Shown here one piece after another: positions 1-15,208 of a stretch of DNA of 64,000 bases. The number at the start of each line of letters is the position of its first letter. The first letter of the stretch is position 1. The translations under genes were made by a program, and so were the position numbers. Origin of the DNA: Schmidtea polychroa (lineage: Eukaryota). The stretch covers positions 4,342,001 to 4,406,000 of the forward strand of contig CM097885.1 in the NCBI GenBank assembly GCA_044892525.1. The letters run 5' to 3'. Below the pieces are notes generated by a model, which saw only the letters and a program-made list of their open reading frames with translations, had not been told where the DNA came from and made no database searches.

Positions 1-2541
1 TATACAAATATAATTTTAATATGGGAATTAAATAAGATATGAGGAGGACAGAAATTCTGTTTCTTATTCTTTGCCAATAGGAATCGAGGGGGAATATTCG
101 GTTTGTTTATATGAATTCCTCTCGCAGCATTAATGGGGATTCTAATCGATTCCAAACACACACACACACACACACACAAATCCGACTGAATACACACATT
201 ATCATAGAGATACACACAGACGCAATGGAATACACACATTATCATAGAGATACACACAGGCGCAGTGGAATTCATACTCGATCACAGAAATACACACAAA
301 CATAGTGGAATGCACACAGTGTCACACACTATGTACATACGCGGGCTCAATGAAATGCACGCACGCACACACACACGCACTGACACACGAAATGGGGATA
401 TGCATTGTGGAGAACAATAAGGCATTGAATCCAATGGAGTTATTGATCTCTCCTTCACTGCAGTAGATAAAAGTAATTACATAAATAATTAATTTCTTTT
501 GTAAAATTAATAAACAAAAAAACGGGCTGCCTCATTTGGAAACTTTGATTACTTTTTTCTGTGGCAAATATTTTTCATAAAAATTAATTTTTCCCTTTCA
601 CCAGAACTGAAGGCCCTAGGTAAATGTCAAAGTGAAAGGTTGATATAGAGTTCCTGAAATCTTTGGCAATTTGGAAGGTTCACTGGATCTTATAAGGTCT
701 GTTGAGGTTGATTGATGAGTCTAGGCATATATCTTACTGTAATTCTCACGATTAAAGTAAATTTTATATGAAATATTACGTGACACGCGATGTGACAAAT
801 CAATGTGATGAAGGACGTTTTATCTGGGTTGGATTATATATGGGAAATAACTTAATTATAATTGAATGACAACGTAGCATGAACTCTCCCTCTATGTCCC
901 TCCCCTCCCCCGGTGATAAATATTAAAGAGCGTGATTATGTTATATCAGAACTGTGGAAGATTTAGAAATAAAATTAAAATAACTTTTCAATTTATGTTT
1001 GCCTCCTGATATGGGAACATCGACTGCTGGAGCAAATACTTCTATGATCGCTTACAATGTCGTTTTCAATAAAAACCTTATGCAAATTAGTTACGTGACT
1101 CTACATTCTAAACCCGGAGTTGATGGGTTGAATTTTGTATTATTATTATAAAAACTTATCACATCTTTTAATTATTTGCAGATTATTATATTTATGTAAT
1201 ATAAGTAAAGAAGTATTTATTTATATTGAATATGATATTTAATATAATACCTTGCTATGCTGTTGAAGAGTTTTCAGAGAAAATATCTAGAAAAAATGTT
1301 TCTAAATTAATGAATCGCACTTCAAATTTATATCTTTTATATATGAATAAATGTGTAGAGACATACAACTAGTTCGAATAAAGATTTTATTCAAAAGAAC
1401 ATTGAAATAAATAATTGATATATCTGCTCCAATAGTCAATGTACCAACGAAACCACGGACACTTGATCTGGCGATTGTAGGGAGATTGTTGAAGATCTTG
1501 ACCATCATCAGAAAGATCATAGGTAATAAAACGAAGGCTTCAGCTTCTTGAATGTCTGGCATATTTGCATTATTGTTTCTGACGAGATTTAATGATTGGG
1601 AAGTTGAATGTTTAACTGTTTTTTTTAAATTGAATTTGATTTTATTTGGAATAAAAATGAGGATTATTTAAACAATGATTTTAATTTGATTTTAATTTAT
1701 TTAATTTAAAAATATATTTTAAGATCAATTATTAAATTGATAAAAGTGGGAGTCAAAGGCACTCCAAAATGTAATATTATTTTCGAAATTAAACTATTAT
1801 TTTAACTATATAACCGCAGGAAACAAATTAACCTTTTGTTATTATAAAAAATTATCAAAGGAGCCCATAAAATTTTTAGCCTTGAATCCCCTCAAGAGAA
1901 AATCTGGCTCTGCGAACACAGATTTCTATGTGGAAATGAAAACTATTCCAACATGTTTAATTTACTATCTAAAGATTTCAGCAAGGAAAGAATATAACCT
2001 AAAACATTATGACGAAGCAAGCCTTGTGATATACAATACACAGAACCTCGGAGAGGCGGGGCCAGAGGGGCCACAATACATATACAGTAAAGATACGCGA
2101 TTATTAAATTAAAAATCTCAAAAGTGGATCGAAATGCCAAATTGTAATAAAAGAAATGAAACTAGGATTAAAAGGTAGCTAATCAATAAGAGTAGAAGTT
2201 GAATACTCTCAGTCTCACAATATATCATCATTTAAGGCTTTGTAGGGACATCCACTTATACATCTAACCAAACCGCCCTTTTTCATTTTATCGAGTTTAA
2301 CAACCTATCACCGTGAACACAGGTGGACACAGCCCTTAAATAGTATTTTATTTTGCACAATGTGAGTATAATATAACAAGAACTAGAAAGCAGGGAGACT
2401 TTTTCTCTTTCTGTCACTTGATGGTTCCCAATCATGCATCTATGATAAGGAAGCGACATTTGTATGGTATACTGTTCCAGGAGCACCCGGTGGGTGGCCA
2501 GAGTGCTCATTTAGTTGACATCCTAAAAATATGTCCAAATA

Positions 2542-2581
<40 letters not shown>

Positions 2582-2955
2582 GTTAATTCTAATAATATTT
2601 CATTAATTAATAATAAATTCCTTTTGAAATTTAGTTAAATTAAATAAAAGACCAATTCCAATCTCAGGAACTCAATTTCCGGGAGCGGCTATAAATTTAA
2701 TTACAGAAAGCCACAAGAAAATTGATGAAAAAAGCGATGAAATTTTATGAAATGAAAATAATGAATTCGCTAAAACGCTCGGGGAATATTTCCCATAATT
2801 TCATCAAATTTGTATCAAATAGTATTGAGGCAAATTTCACTACTGCCACTGGGACTCGGAATTCGCTTTCGTAATTCACTCGCCATTTTCAGGTGGCGAT
2901 TACCATAAAGGGAAGTTCAAACAGTCACCGCTTAAAGTATATCATGAATAATTAT

Positions 2956-3643
<688 letters not shown>

Positions 3644-4050
3644 TGAATAAAATAAAAATTTCGCATCCTTGGGAATTATTTCCGGTGCTGTTATTGATTT
3701 CCGTAGATCAGGAAGTGCTGATCACATCTGTGATGAAAGGTTTTATTGATTTTGTCACCCCTCCAAGTGCAGATTCGTTATTTCGATACCTAATTTATCA
3801 GTTAATTATTCAGAACTCATAAATGAATTATTTATAATTAATAATTGTAATTTATTGACCTTTTAAGAGTTTACTTGTAAAATTATTGATGGAAAACAAT
3901 AAAATATTAAAAATAAAACTTTCCTAATTCTCAAGTTATTCATTTGATGGTGCTAAAAGGGTTCAGGAAGGTTTATCTTCCATATTTGATTCAGTTTTTA
4001 ATGTATGCTCTGACACTGTCCATTCATTCTAATATGATAACTGTGCTTCC

Positions 4051-4287
4051 TTCTCCCTCTGATAAACCCTTGACATGTGTCCATGAGATTTGGCTCCATA
4101 AATGGCATAGATCCTTCAGTGAGCCTTTCTCCCTCTGATATACCCTTGACATGTGTCCATGAGATTTGGCTCCATAAATGGCATAGATCCTTCAGTGAGC
4201 CTTTCTCCCGCTGATATACCCTTGACATGTGTCCATGAGATTTGGCTCCATAAATGGCATAGATCCTTCGGTGAGCCTTTCTCCCTC
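4051..4287. repeat. 76-bp tandem repeat, ~3 near-identical copies
   Basis: CCCTTGACATGTGTCCATGAGATTTGGCTCC recurs at 4067, 4143 and 4219. Confidence 0.95.
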
Positions 4288-6102
4288 GTGGATTCGCAAC
4301 TCAATTCATGAAGGTTTTAATTTCTATTTTAGAAAATATGGATTATATAAGAATTTTCGACAAGTACTTGAATGGTTATCAATAAAAATAATCTATAAAA
4401 GTATTAAAAAATCACGAAAAAGTCAAATGGAAAAGCGACTGAAGAAAGATTTATTAAGACAGAAAGTAGAGTGGGCCTCCTAGGTGAATGCTGTGATCTT
4501 GTTGAAATAACACTTCACTGCAACTCATTTAATGGAACTCACAGAAGCGGGCTCCTCATAAGAAATTTCCTTAACTAATTTGGGGCCCAATAAGATCAAG
4601 ATTTATTGCAGTTGTCCAGCTTGACCAATAGTTGCACTCCCGAATCAAAGAAGCTGGGGACGCAAAGGAATGCCTTTTGTTATTGCTCTAGCATACGCAA
4701 GCACCAATCGCCCGGTTCAAGAAAGGAATGAAAATGAAACTATTTTCCCAAAGCGACAACAAAAAACTGATTCAATTGATTCCAAATTTACAGCATCCCT
4801 CCAAATGTTCTTTATACAATCAGTAAGTTATCTCCTACCCCTGCCTAATTACTAGATACATGTAAATATCTGTCTGAAATTCTGACATGGCTCGGTTATA
4901 ACTAGTCTAGGTACATGACCATGACCATGGGTACTGTGTTACCCTCCAAGAATGCAGATGATTGACATCAATCCAAAGGTATAACCTACACTCCTTATGC
5001 CCAGACTACTAATTGTCAATGTCAGCCTTCAATGACATGGTACGAACTTGATAAGCTACGAACCGTGGCATTATGTTACATAAAGTTGTGAGCCATCCTT
5101 CAGCATTTATTGCATTATGATTAAAGCTTAGAGGATACCGATTTTGAAAATGAAATTCCTTTAGGAAGTCTTAGCAACATATTTTGCCATTAAGTGTAAG
5201 AGGAGCACAAACAGATCTGGTCCATTAACTAAATGCTTCGCAACAACTCTAAATCTGATGTTGAAGGACATCTTTTCTACTACAAATTGAAAGGCGAAAC
5301 TATCTGATCTGTCCCACCTGAAACACATTTAAAAAGAAACTTCCAATCCTTGCCAAAAATAGATCAAACCCAGCAAAAAGACCATGTTACTGAAAGACCA
5401 CAAAAGCCTTTAAAATGTATTCATCTTTAATGATTAATCTGCACTCCTTCCGTCATTCCCTCAAAAGTATTTACTGAAACCTTTAAAATTCCTCTACACA
5501 TGTCCGTTGTTCTAACCCCTTCGTCTCAATGATCCCAAGCTTACTTCCTCCCATAACCTCAAAGCACAAATAATGGCTCCTATACGAAAAATATTGTTTT
5601 ATATTTATGGGCACCCTAATCAGAGTTAGAGAAGCTAATGCGTGACTGGCCTAAACATGAAGACTTAAGGGTATGCTCTATGTCCATGAATTTATGTCAA
5701 AATAGGTGAAACGATACATTGGGCATTGCCACAGCTGATTTGCCAACAGGTATCCCTAGAATCTTTATTTTCACCCCTCACAACACAATAGAAGGGGAGT
5801 CAAAGTAGTGCTTCCGGTTCTTGGAGGTTAATCGAGCAGGTTTAATTATAATTTGTATTTACATGAGGAAATTAGCAGCTTTTAACGGGTCAAAATATTT
5901 CCCCGGAGTGCAAAAATTTGATCCGAATCAAAAGAGATCACGGATGATTCAATACCAATGTAGATCAGATCATCTAGTAATACTTATTATAATAATCTAA
6001 AATAAATATATATATATATTCCATAAAATAGGTCAACATCCGGCATTTGACGCGTACGCATTATGCATGACTTATACGGATTTTGGCATATATATATTTA
6101 TA

Positions 6103-7197
<1,095 letters not shown>

Positions 7198-10100
7198 TAC
7201 AGCAATCCTTATAAAGATTGCAGGCAACAAATTGGAAGGACAAAATGATATGGGAGTTGAAATGACTTCATCAGACGAATTCAATGTAACAATGTCAGCG
7301 AGTCTCACATACGGACTACAACTAAGGAGGGGTTAGAATCAGAATTTAGGAAAATAAATGAATAAGAATTGCAACCGTCAATAGAATAGCCCCAACCTCA
7401 CCACCTCCCCCAATCTCCTATATGCTGTGCCATTACCAACCACCGACATGAATAGTCACAACAAAGAATAAAGGTCATCCGGTCAAGGGATCCCCTTTCT
7501 CATTGTAATAATTTTGTTTCAATTAAATTTCACCAACATAGAAAAGTACTAAACCAATAAACAAATAAATAAATTGTTTATTTCACTAGGATGAAAAATT
7601 AAATTAAACTGCAATTTTTTGGGTTATTTTCTCATATCTGACTGGCGCCATTTTGATTAGTTTAATATTTTTGATTAAGAATTAACTGTTCAATGGCTGT
7701 GGAAATGTTCATTATACAAATGAATGGGAACAGAATAATTTTGCTTCAATAATAATTATTAATAATAAAAAAAATAATAATAAAAAAATAATAATAAAAA
7801 TTTAATAATAAAAAAATAATAATAAAAATATAAAAAAATAAATAAATAAAAAATAATAATAAAAAATAATGATAAAAATAATAATAGCTAATTATAATAA
7901 TTATTAATAAAAATAATAATAAATACCAATAATGATAATAAAAAATAATAATAGTAAAATTATATTAATAAATGCATATAATAAATAAAAAAAATATTTT
8001 AAAATAATTTTTTACACAGTGTTTATTAAATGAAATATTTCCACCTAAATGAGATCTTATTCATTAGCAAGTTATTTATCCAGAAATGAGATTAAACTTG
8101 ATCAAAGCAGTCAGAGCCAGACTCAATGTCGAATAACCACAATTTAGAGATATCGGAAGCAAAAACATAATTTGAAAAATATAAAAATTTATTCAGATTT
8201 TAATATTGAAAATTTTGTTTAAATTGTTACATTTTTTGAAATTGATAAAGTGAAGAACAAGAACTCAGAAAGTAAGACTTGTAATAGTGTGAGAGATTAT
8301 CCATTGACACTAATGATGATTATAAGGATTCCTCCCCATCCATTGTAAGCTGTGTAGCGTTTCACTTGTTAGTGATAATTATGTTCAACCCAAACTTATT
8401 TCACTGGCAATTAAATCATTCAATACATTTGAAAACAATAACAACAATCCATATGCACTCAATTTACAGCACAGACTATTTTAAAACCTTCAAAACACAA
8501 ATATTTACAGGATTCTGCACATTAATTTCACCATCCAACCACCTTATCAAAGATGATTCACATATTACACGTTCTCAATAATTATTAACATTTTTTAATA
8601 AAACTTTAAAATCAGACATTTCAATTTACTCATACAGCCCTTATTGCGCTCAGCGGTATTGGTGAATATTCATGAACTCGAGTGATGAGATGACGGGAAG
8701 CCTCTCCAATGTATGCGGCATTACACCGATTACATGCCAATTGATAAACGAGATCAGAACACAATCAACCAGAAATATATTTTGCGTACTTTACACAAAC
8801 TAGAGACAGAATTAAAATATAATTATATAATTAAAATTATTTAGATCCACTGAAAGACTTGCTGCCTCGATATAAATCTGACAATGGAGCCAACCTGATC
8901 CAAATCAACTTACATTTATTTAGATCCATAGAATCAACCCCCACAATTACTATGTTTGATGCTGGCATACATAGGCTGACATCCAAGAATGTCGAATTAG
9001 AAACTTCAGAACTACAAGGACGAGAATCAATCTCCCCTTAGGTCGTGCGGCCACTCGAAATTTAATTAAAATAAAATTTGATTTTTTTTTATAAAACCTT
9101 CAGAGGTCAGCAATACCAACACACACATTTAGGCTCTTCATTCTGATTTGTCATTTAAATAAAATTTAATTGATTATTTAGTTTTATGGAATCTGCAAAT
9201 TTAAATGCCAAAGAATAAATGGGCTGCCTAAACATAATTTTGCAATAGGATAGAAACGATGAATTTGGGCATCAAAGGAGATTATCTTTGATTGATTCCA
9301 GCACTACGGCTTTGTTGACCTTCTTTGACCTCTTTCATCTATGACTGGCTTCGATAATGTCGCTATCTTGGCGAACCCTTCCAAATAAAATTTCTTTGGT
9401 TTTTTTGATATACTTTTTGTCTGACTGAATAGCCCAAGCAAAATAAATCCTCGAGAAAACTCAATTTTTGTTTTAATTATATCAATCAATAAAAATAAAT
9501 AACAAAACATTTATTAAAATAAAATAAAATAATAAAATATTATAATCGAATTACAAAGTTAAAAAATTTATATTTTTGCTAGTTTCCTTTGATGGCGAGT
9601 GAATTATTTACGCGCGAACTATTCGCGTGTATTTTGTGATTCTCTATGTACACGCTGACCACAGTCAATTTAAACAAAATATACAACATTAATATTTGGT
9701 TAATTTAAACAAAATTTCAAAAAATTCACAATGAAAATAATATTTATTAGAAAGAACTGCGTAATTATGGAAAATTCTCGACGAGTGAAGTTGGAAGATT
9801 TCCGCATTGAATTCTCGTCAAATGCAAATTGCAAAAATGATTGAGGGAAAATGCAAAAATTTGTTTACAATTGAGAGAAATGTTGAGAAAATTTGAGAAA
9901 ATTATGGAAAATTACAAGTTTCCCATCGTCGGATATGCCCCCCCCCCCTCTTCCCCTCCCTCCCTCCCTCCCTCCCTCCACGGCAGCCATCTCCAACAGC
10001 AGCTGTAGAATCCTGTCACCATCAATTTCCAGCAGACAATTTTCATAAATTAATTTTCTTTCTCCAATTTTTATTAATTGAAACAAAATTTATTTTTCAC

Positions 10101-11050
10101 AATTTGTCAGTCGTGCTTGGAAAAATTTTCGGCGGCGTCAAACGCCGAGATTTGATGAAATATTTACTGGATTGGGAATAAATATTTACAGTCGACTTTT
10201 AATAACTGTAAATTGTTTTAATTGGACTTACAGATGCATTGATTTGATACATAATTTTGTAAGTGAGGATGAGGAGGGGGAGGGGGAGGGGGAGAGGGGA
10301 TGGGGAGAGGAGGAGGATGAGCAGGGGGTGAAGGTGGAAATAATTCAGACAGTAAATATAATTAATTCCATTTATTCATTAATAACCAATGATTTACATC
10401 ATAAAAATAATTGAAATTTTTTTGGCTCATTTAAACAAAATAATAATAAATTATAAAATTCAATAATATTACAATAAAATAAATTTGAAATAATTTGCAA
10501 GGAAAATTAAAACATTACATTTTGGAAAAGACAAAAAATCCTAAAGGCTACAACTATTATTGTAACAGAATTCAGAGGGTTCACTTGGCTTTAAGCTCAC
10601 CCTAAGGGGTCAGCCACCATCGGCCTGCATTAGGTAACTTTTATACATTGAATTATGATATCTGGGAGTATGATAGAGAGGTAATACGTATGATACATGT
10701 CTGCCATCAAATTAGTCCACAATCCTCAATACGAACCTAACTTCTTCCAAGAAATGGAAACTCTTCTGGATCCACAGTATCTTTTCAACGAGAAGCACCC
10801 TACAAAAGGATTAGAATAAAATATCAGAATAGGAGGGAGGGGGGAGGGAGGATATTGTCTCATCAGGTTCAATTCTGACAATTCTAACCATGTTTAAATT
10901 GTTATGGCAAGTAAATAATAAGTTACTTACAATTATAAGTAATCGCTATATTGTTAGTAAAAATGAAATAAAAAATATAAAGATTCACCGTGAAATATTA
11001 TCAAATAACAACAGTTTCCAAGGCGTTCGTTGCTATGTGTCACTCTCAGG

Positions 11051-14000
11051 CAGGCCCGACGCTAGAGTATTTGGCGCCCTAGGCAAACTAAAAAAATGGC
11101 GCCTCTAGTCTAGAAACAAACCCAATAATTAAAGAAGTAAATGAAAATAAAATAACTATACTTCATTTATTTATTACACAAAAATATATATAAAAACAAA
11201 AACCATTTAAAATTTAATTTTTCGTGCTTTTAGTTTAGCGAAATCTTCAAGCAGCAACTTCGTATCTATATCACGCGCCATTTCGTGTTCAATCGACAAT
11301 ATTGCTAATCCCACAAGCCGTTCTTGTGACATTGTAGATCTTATATATGTTTTGATCTGTTTAAGCTTCGAAAAGCTTCGTTCACCGCTTGCCACAGAAA
11401 CTGGTAGGGTTAATAAAATTCGCAAAGCAACAAATATATTTGGAACGCTGTCCACTATATTATTTTTACAAATATAATTAAGTACATCTTCCGGCAATAA
11501 GTTTTTTGGAATATGTCTAGCTATAAATATCAATTCGTTCAATAAATCTGTACCATCAATATCTTTAGAATCATCGTGCCGTAAAAAATTTTCCAGTTTA
11601 AGACAATCCTCTAATATTTTCTTTGACGAAATATATTGCAAATTATGTATGTTGTATAGAAATCCAAATGTTGAATTTATCGTTGACATTTGGGTGAATC
11701 TTTGCTCAACAGATTTTAAAGCTCTATCCAAAACTGCGAAGTAAAAGCTGATCTTAAATTTTTCTTTTGGGTTCTGAATGGGCTCATCGTTGGCTTCATA
11801 TTCGAACTGTTTTTTTTGTTTTCTGATACGCTGAGTTTGTTTAAAGATTGGGGAAATTTCTGATTCTTCAGCAAGTTCTCGCGCATCTACCAATATTCTT
11901 TCAAAACCTTCATCATTTCGGGAGTTGAATAGAAATTTTTTGGTATCTTCTAGTAGCTTCATAGCATCTTGAATATTAATTTTCTCAGATTGAAGTTGTT
12001 TGCTTGTAATATTTATGTTGAAAAGAATATCATACCAGATAATAACAGAAACTACAAACTCGAAATTCGAAATAGCTTTAGCAAGGCCCTGTGCTTCTAT
12101 ACGTGAAGTATTACCAGAAACTCCTGTTTGAGAAGTATCTTGAAAAATATCAATAAGTGCAGCAATAACTTTACTTAGCTGATAGCGTAGAGGTTTAAGG
12201 GCATCGATTCGGCTCTCCCATCTTGTATCGCTCAATGGCTTCACTGTCAAGTTTGAAGCATGACGTTTTAAAACTTCCCATCGACGTGTTGAAGCGGCAA
12301 AATAGACATATATTCGTTGCACTAACATAAAAAATGATGTAGCATCTAAACAACAGCTTACAGCGTCATTAACAACCAGATTCAAAGAATGCGCAGAACA
12401 AGGAACAAATAGTGCTCGTGGATTTAGATTCAGAATTCGCCGTTGCACGCCATTTTCTTTGCCTTTCATATTGCTACCATTATCGTATCCTTGGCCACGC
12501 AAGTTCTCAATAGGTAATGACATATCTGCTAACATCTGAACGATTTCATCGGTCATACCAGCACCAGTTGTATCTGTTAGTTTCACAAATCCCAAAAAAT
12601 GTTCTCTTATGCATATGGGATCTAAATCACAATTTTCTGTATTTGTATGGACAAAACGAATAATCAACGTCATTTGTTCAGTATGGCTAACGTCTGGTGT
12701 GCAATCCAGGATTATTGAAAAATATTTAGCCATGGAAATCGATTTTAAAATTTTTGTTTTAATACTCTTAGATAAAAGTTGTATTAACTCATTCTGAATA
12801 TCTTTTCCCAAATAATGAACTTGTGTTTCATTGTTCTTTATTCTGCGAAGATGCTCACCCATAATTGGATCAAAAGAGGCCAAATATTCTACAAAGCTAA
12901 GGAAGTTTCCATTTCCAGGAGAATACAATTTTTCATTGCTTCCGCGAAATGCAATATTTTGCGTAGCAAGCACTTTAACTAGACCTATAAGACGCTCTAA
13001 GACTTGTTGCCAGTGTCTCTCTTCTTGTTTTATGAGACGCAAATTATCCTGGTCAATAGTTTTATTCTTTTTTAAACGCAATTCTAGCTCCTTCCAAGTT
13101 TGAAAATTAATTAAATGATCCTTATTTTTCTCATGTCTTTCTAAAATTACAGACATATTTTTCCAATCGCTTGATCCTTTATCGGAGAGATGTATTACAC
13201 GCTGGTTATTATTAAAAATTTTGCAACAAAAGCAGAAAGCCGAATTAGTTGTTTTGGAATACTGTAGCCAATGACGCCGCATTTCTTCTCCATTTGCAAG
13301 TCTCCTTCTATAAAAATTCATTGAAAATTTTCTATGGCTCTCATTTTGAGGAAAATCAAATTCTTCAATTTGTTCTGGTCCGTGTTCAACCAAAATTTGC
13401 CTCAAACGGCCAGAACGTAAGTCATGTGAATTTAACCAAGTTGCCGGATCACTATAATCAAGACTCGAATTTACGCTTTCTAATATTTCCAAAGTTTCAT
13501 TAATTAAAATTTCTTCAGTGTCTTCTATAGTTTCTAATACAATTTCTTCTATAGGTTCTTCAACAGTTTCTTCAATTGTTTCAACTTCAGTTTCTTCTAT
13601 AGTTTCTTCCACATTCGTATGTGGAAACTCAGTCAAAATAGGCACCTCTGCATTTCTAGTTGTAGAGTTCCTATCCATTTGCTCTTCCAAATTGCAGTAT
13701 ACTTGTTTTCTCGGAGTCATTTCATTTCGATTTTTATCTTGTGATTGTTGACGACAAATATATTTCAGAAAAGCACCTTCTTGCTTTTTTTCTTCATTTT
13801 TCTTTTCAGCTTTACGTTTTCTATTTTGTGCGCCAGATAATTTTTTTCTATCTGCCATTATGCTACCTCAAGTAAAAATTAATAGAATATAATAGATTTA
13901 ATAATAGGTGTAGAAAAATCCAATATAAATTAAATTACTGTGTTGTATATATGTAAAAATTATACTGGAAGTACGACCGAAATTATATATACTTTAAATA

Positions 14001-14333
14001 AAAAAAATTTGAGCCCTGCACTAATTAAATTTTATTTTTTTTTTCACTTTCTGTTTATTTATTTTTTAACTTTTTTAACATTTACTTTAGTCTTTTAAAA
14101 CTTTACTGCATGTGACTTTATTCTTTTAAAATAAAACTAAAAATTATTGCGTAATTTAAAAAAATTTCAGAGCATGCTATATGCTAAATTTTTTTTAAAA
14201 CCGCTTTTCAGTTAACTTTTTTGAACTTGCAAAATATTTTTTTAAATCGATTTTCCGTTGTATTTTTTTAAATTTTAAAAGAAATAAGTAATCGGTATCG
14301 GACTAAAACAACGATGGAATTACATGTTTTACG

Positions 14334-14393
<60 letters not shown>

Positions 14394-14545
14394 CAAATTC
14401 ATACATATGTATATATCAATATAAAGATAGAAAGTTTATAAAATATTTAATTTACTTGATAAAAAAAGCAGAACTATTTGGCGCCCGCTTGTAAATCGGC
14501 GCCCTAGGCTGCTGCCGACGTCGCCTATGCCTAAAACCGGGCCTG
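11051..14545 (-). mobile_element. Full-length hAT DNA transposon (ZMYM1-like/Tip100-type transposase)
   Basis: Perfect 8-bp TSD CTCTCAGG (11043-11050 and 14546-14553). Imperfect 15-bp TIR CAGGCCCGacgcTAG / CTAaaacCGGGCCTG. Subterminal GGCGCCCTAGGC motifs at both ends. Confidence 0.95.
11207..13858 (-). CDS. hAT transposase, 883 aa, intact
   Basis: TTF-type zinc finger (WLQYS...AFCFCC), ILDCTPD, GYDNG, PCSAHSLNL, DTRW, and C-terminal dimerisation motif SGERSFSKLK. Confidence 0.93.
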   Translation of the reverse strand: MADRKKLSGAQNRKRKAEKKNEEKKQEGAFLKYICRQQSQDKNRNEMTPRKQVYCNLEEQMDRNSTTRNAEVPILTEFPHTNVEETIEETEVETIEETVEEPIEEIVLETIEDTEEILINETLEILESVNSSLDYSDPATWLNSHDLRSGRLRQILVEHGPEQIEEFDFPQNESHRKFSMNFYRRRLANGEEMRRHWLQYSKTTNSAFCFCCKIFNNNQRVIHLSDKGSSDWKNMSVILERHEKNKDHLINFQTWKELELRLKKNKTIDQDNLRLIKQEERHWQQVLERLIGLVKVLATQNIAFRGSNEKLYSPGNGNFLSFVEYLASFDPIMGEHLRRIKNNETQVHYLGKDIQNELIQLLSKSIKTKILKSISMAKYFSIILDCTPDVSHTEQMTLIIRFVHTNTENCDLDPICIREHFLGFVKLTDTTGAGMTDEIVQMLADMSLPIENLRGQGYDNGSNMKGKENGVQRRILNLNPRALFVPCSAHSLNLVVNDAVSCCLDATSFFMLVQRIYVYFAASTRRWEVLKRHASNLTVKPLSDTRWESRIDALKPLRYQLSKVIAALIDIFQDTSQTGVSGNTSRIEAQGLAKAISNFEFVVSVIIWYDILFNINITSKQLQSEKINIQDAMKLLEDTKKFLFNSRNDEGFERILVDARELAEESEISPIFKQTQRIRKQKKQFEYEANDEPIQNPKEKFKISFYFAVLDRALKSVEQRFTQMSTINSTFGFLYNIHNLQYISSKKILEDCLKLENFLRHDDSKDIDGTDLLNELIFIARHIPKNLLPEDVLNYICKNNIVDSVPNIFVALRILLTLPVSVASGERSFSKLKQIKTYIRSTMSQERLVGLAILSIEHEMARDIDTKLLLEDFAKLKARKIKF

Positions 14546-14898
14546 CTCTCAGGTAACCCCTCTATTGCTTGAGTGCTGGGAATAGCCCTGAGTAGGATAT
14601 TATCAATTTCTTAGGGTCTTGCAGAATCCAGCATTGGACAAGTTCAACAACTAACGAAGAACTGTAAGTGTGTGAATTTTAAACAAAATTACAATGCCTA
14701 GAGGTGATTTAGGGAATATAAGTCATTTTAATAATTAAGTTTTTTATTTTATGTATTTTGAAAGCATCAAGGTCATTATAAGTTTCTTTATGGTTTTAGC
14801 CAATCAAAATATATACAGCATGCGATAAAAATTTATTAATTATACAATAGATTTATCTTCATGATAATCATACAATTAATATATACAAGTGCATACAG

Positions 14899-15208
14899 CA
14901 GTGGTTCTCAACCCGTGTTCCGCGATTACACCTCCAGTCTTCCGCGAAAAAAAGTTACATATCATTAAAAACCTCAATTAATTTTTTTTATAAGATGATT
15001 CAATAAGAAAGCCGTTACACAGATATATAAACATACAAATATAAGTGTTTTTATTGCTTTTTGTTGTTGCGCGTGGTATTTTCTTTGCTTATAAGAATGT
15101 ATTGTTTACGTTTACGACAGATTTATAGTAATTTGTGATTGGTCACTCATTGTGGGCAAGTATTTTTTTGTCAGTGTTCAGCGCTTTTATATTAATTGAG
15201 AACTACCG
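14899..15208. mobile_element. Non-autonomous hAT (Charlie/Buster-type) MITE, 310 bp
   Basis: TIR CAGTGGTTCTCAA / TTGAGAACTACCG; 8-bp TSD GCATACAG / GCATAGAG (7/8 match, central TA). Confidence 0.8.

Noticed and set aside
150..390. CA-rich degenerate repeats and the 64-aa ORF
   Set aside because: Simple-repeat derived; no evidence of coding function
4051..4287. CRISPR-like periodicity here and at 36290-36710 and 20489-20650
   Set aside because: Units are contiguous tandem copies without unique spacers, the context is eukaryotic, and there are no cas genes
4480..5850. Moderately GC-richer stretch that could be a decayed retroelement
   Set aside because: I could not recover any diagnostic motif in any frame
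9865..10414. C-rich and G-rich tracts with short ORFs as possible host exons or G-quadruplexes
   Set aside because: Low complexity; no recognisable protein or consistent exon chain
12609..13751. Antisense ORFs within transposase and pol genes (also 21365-22317 and 42119-43164)
   Set aside because: Shadow ORFs of the real coding strand
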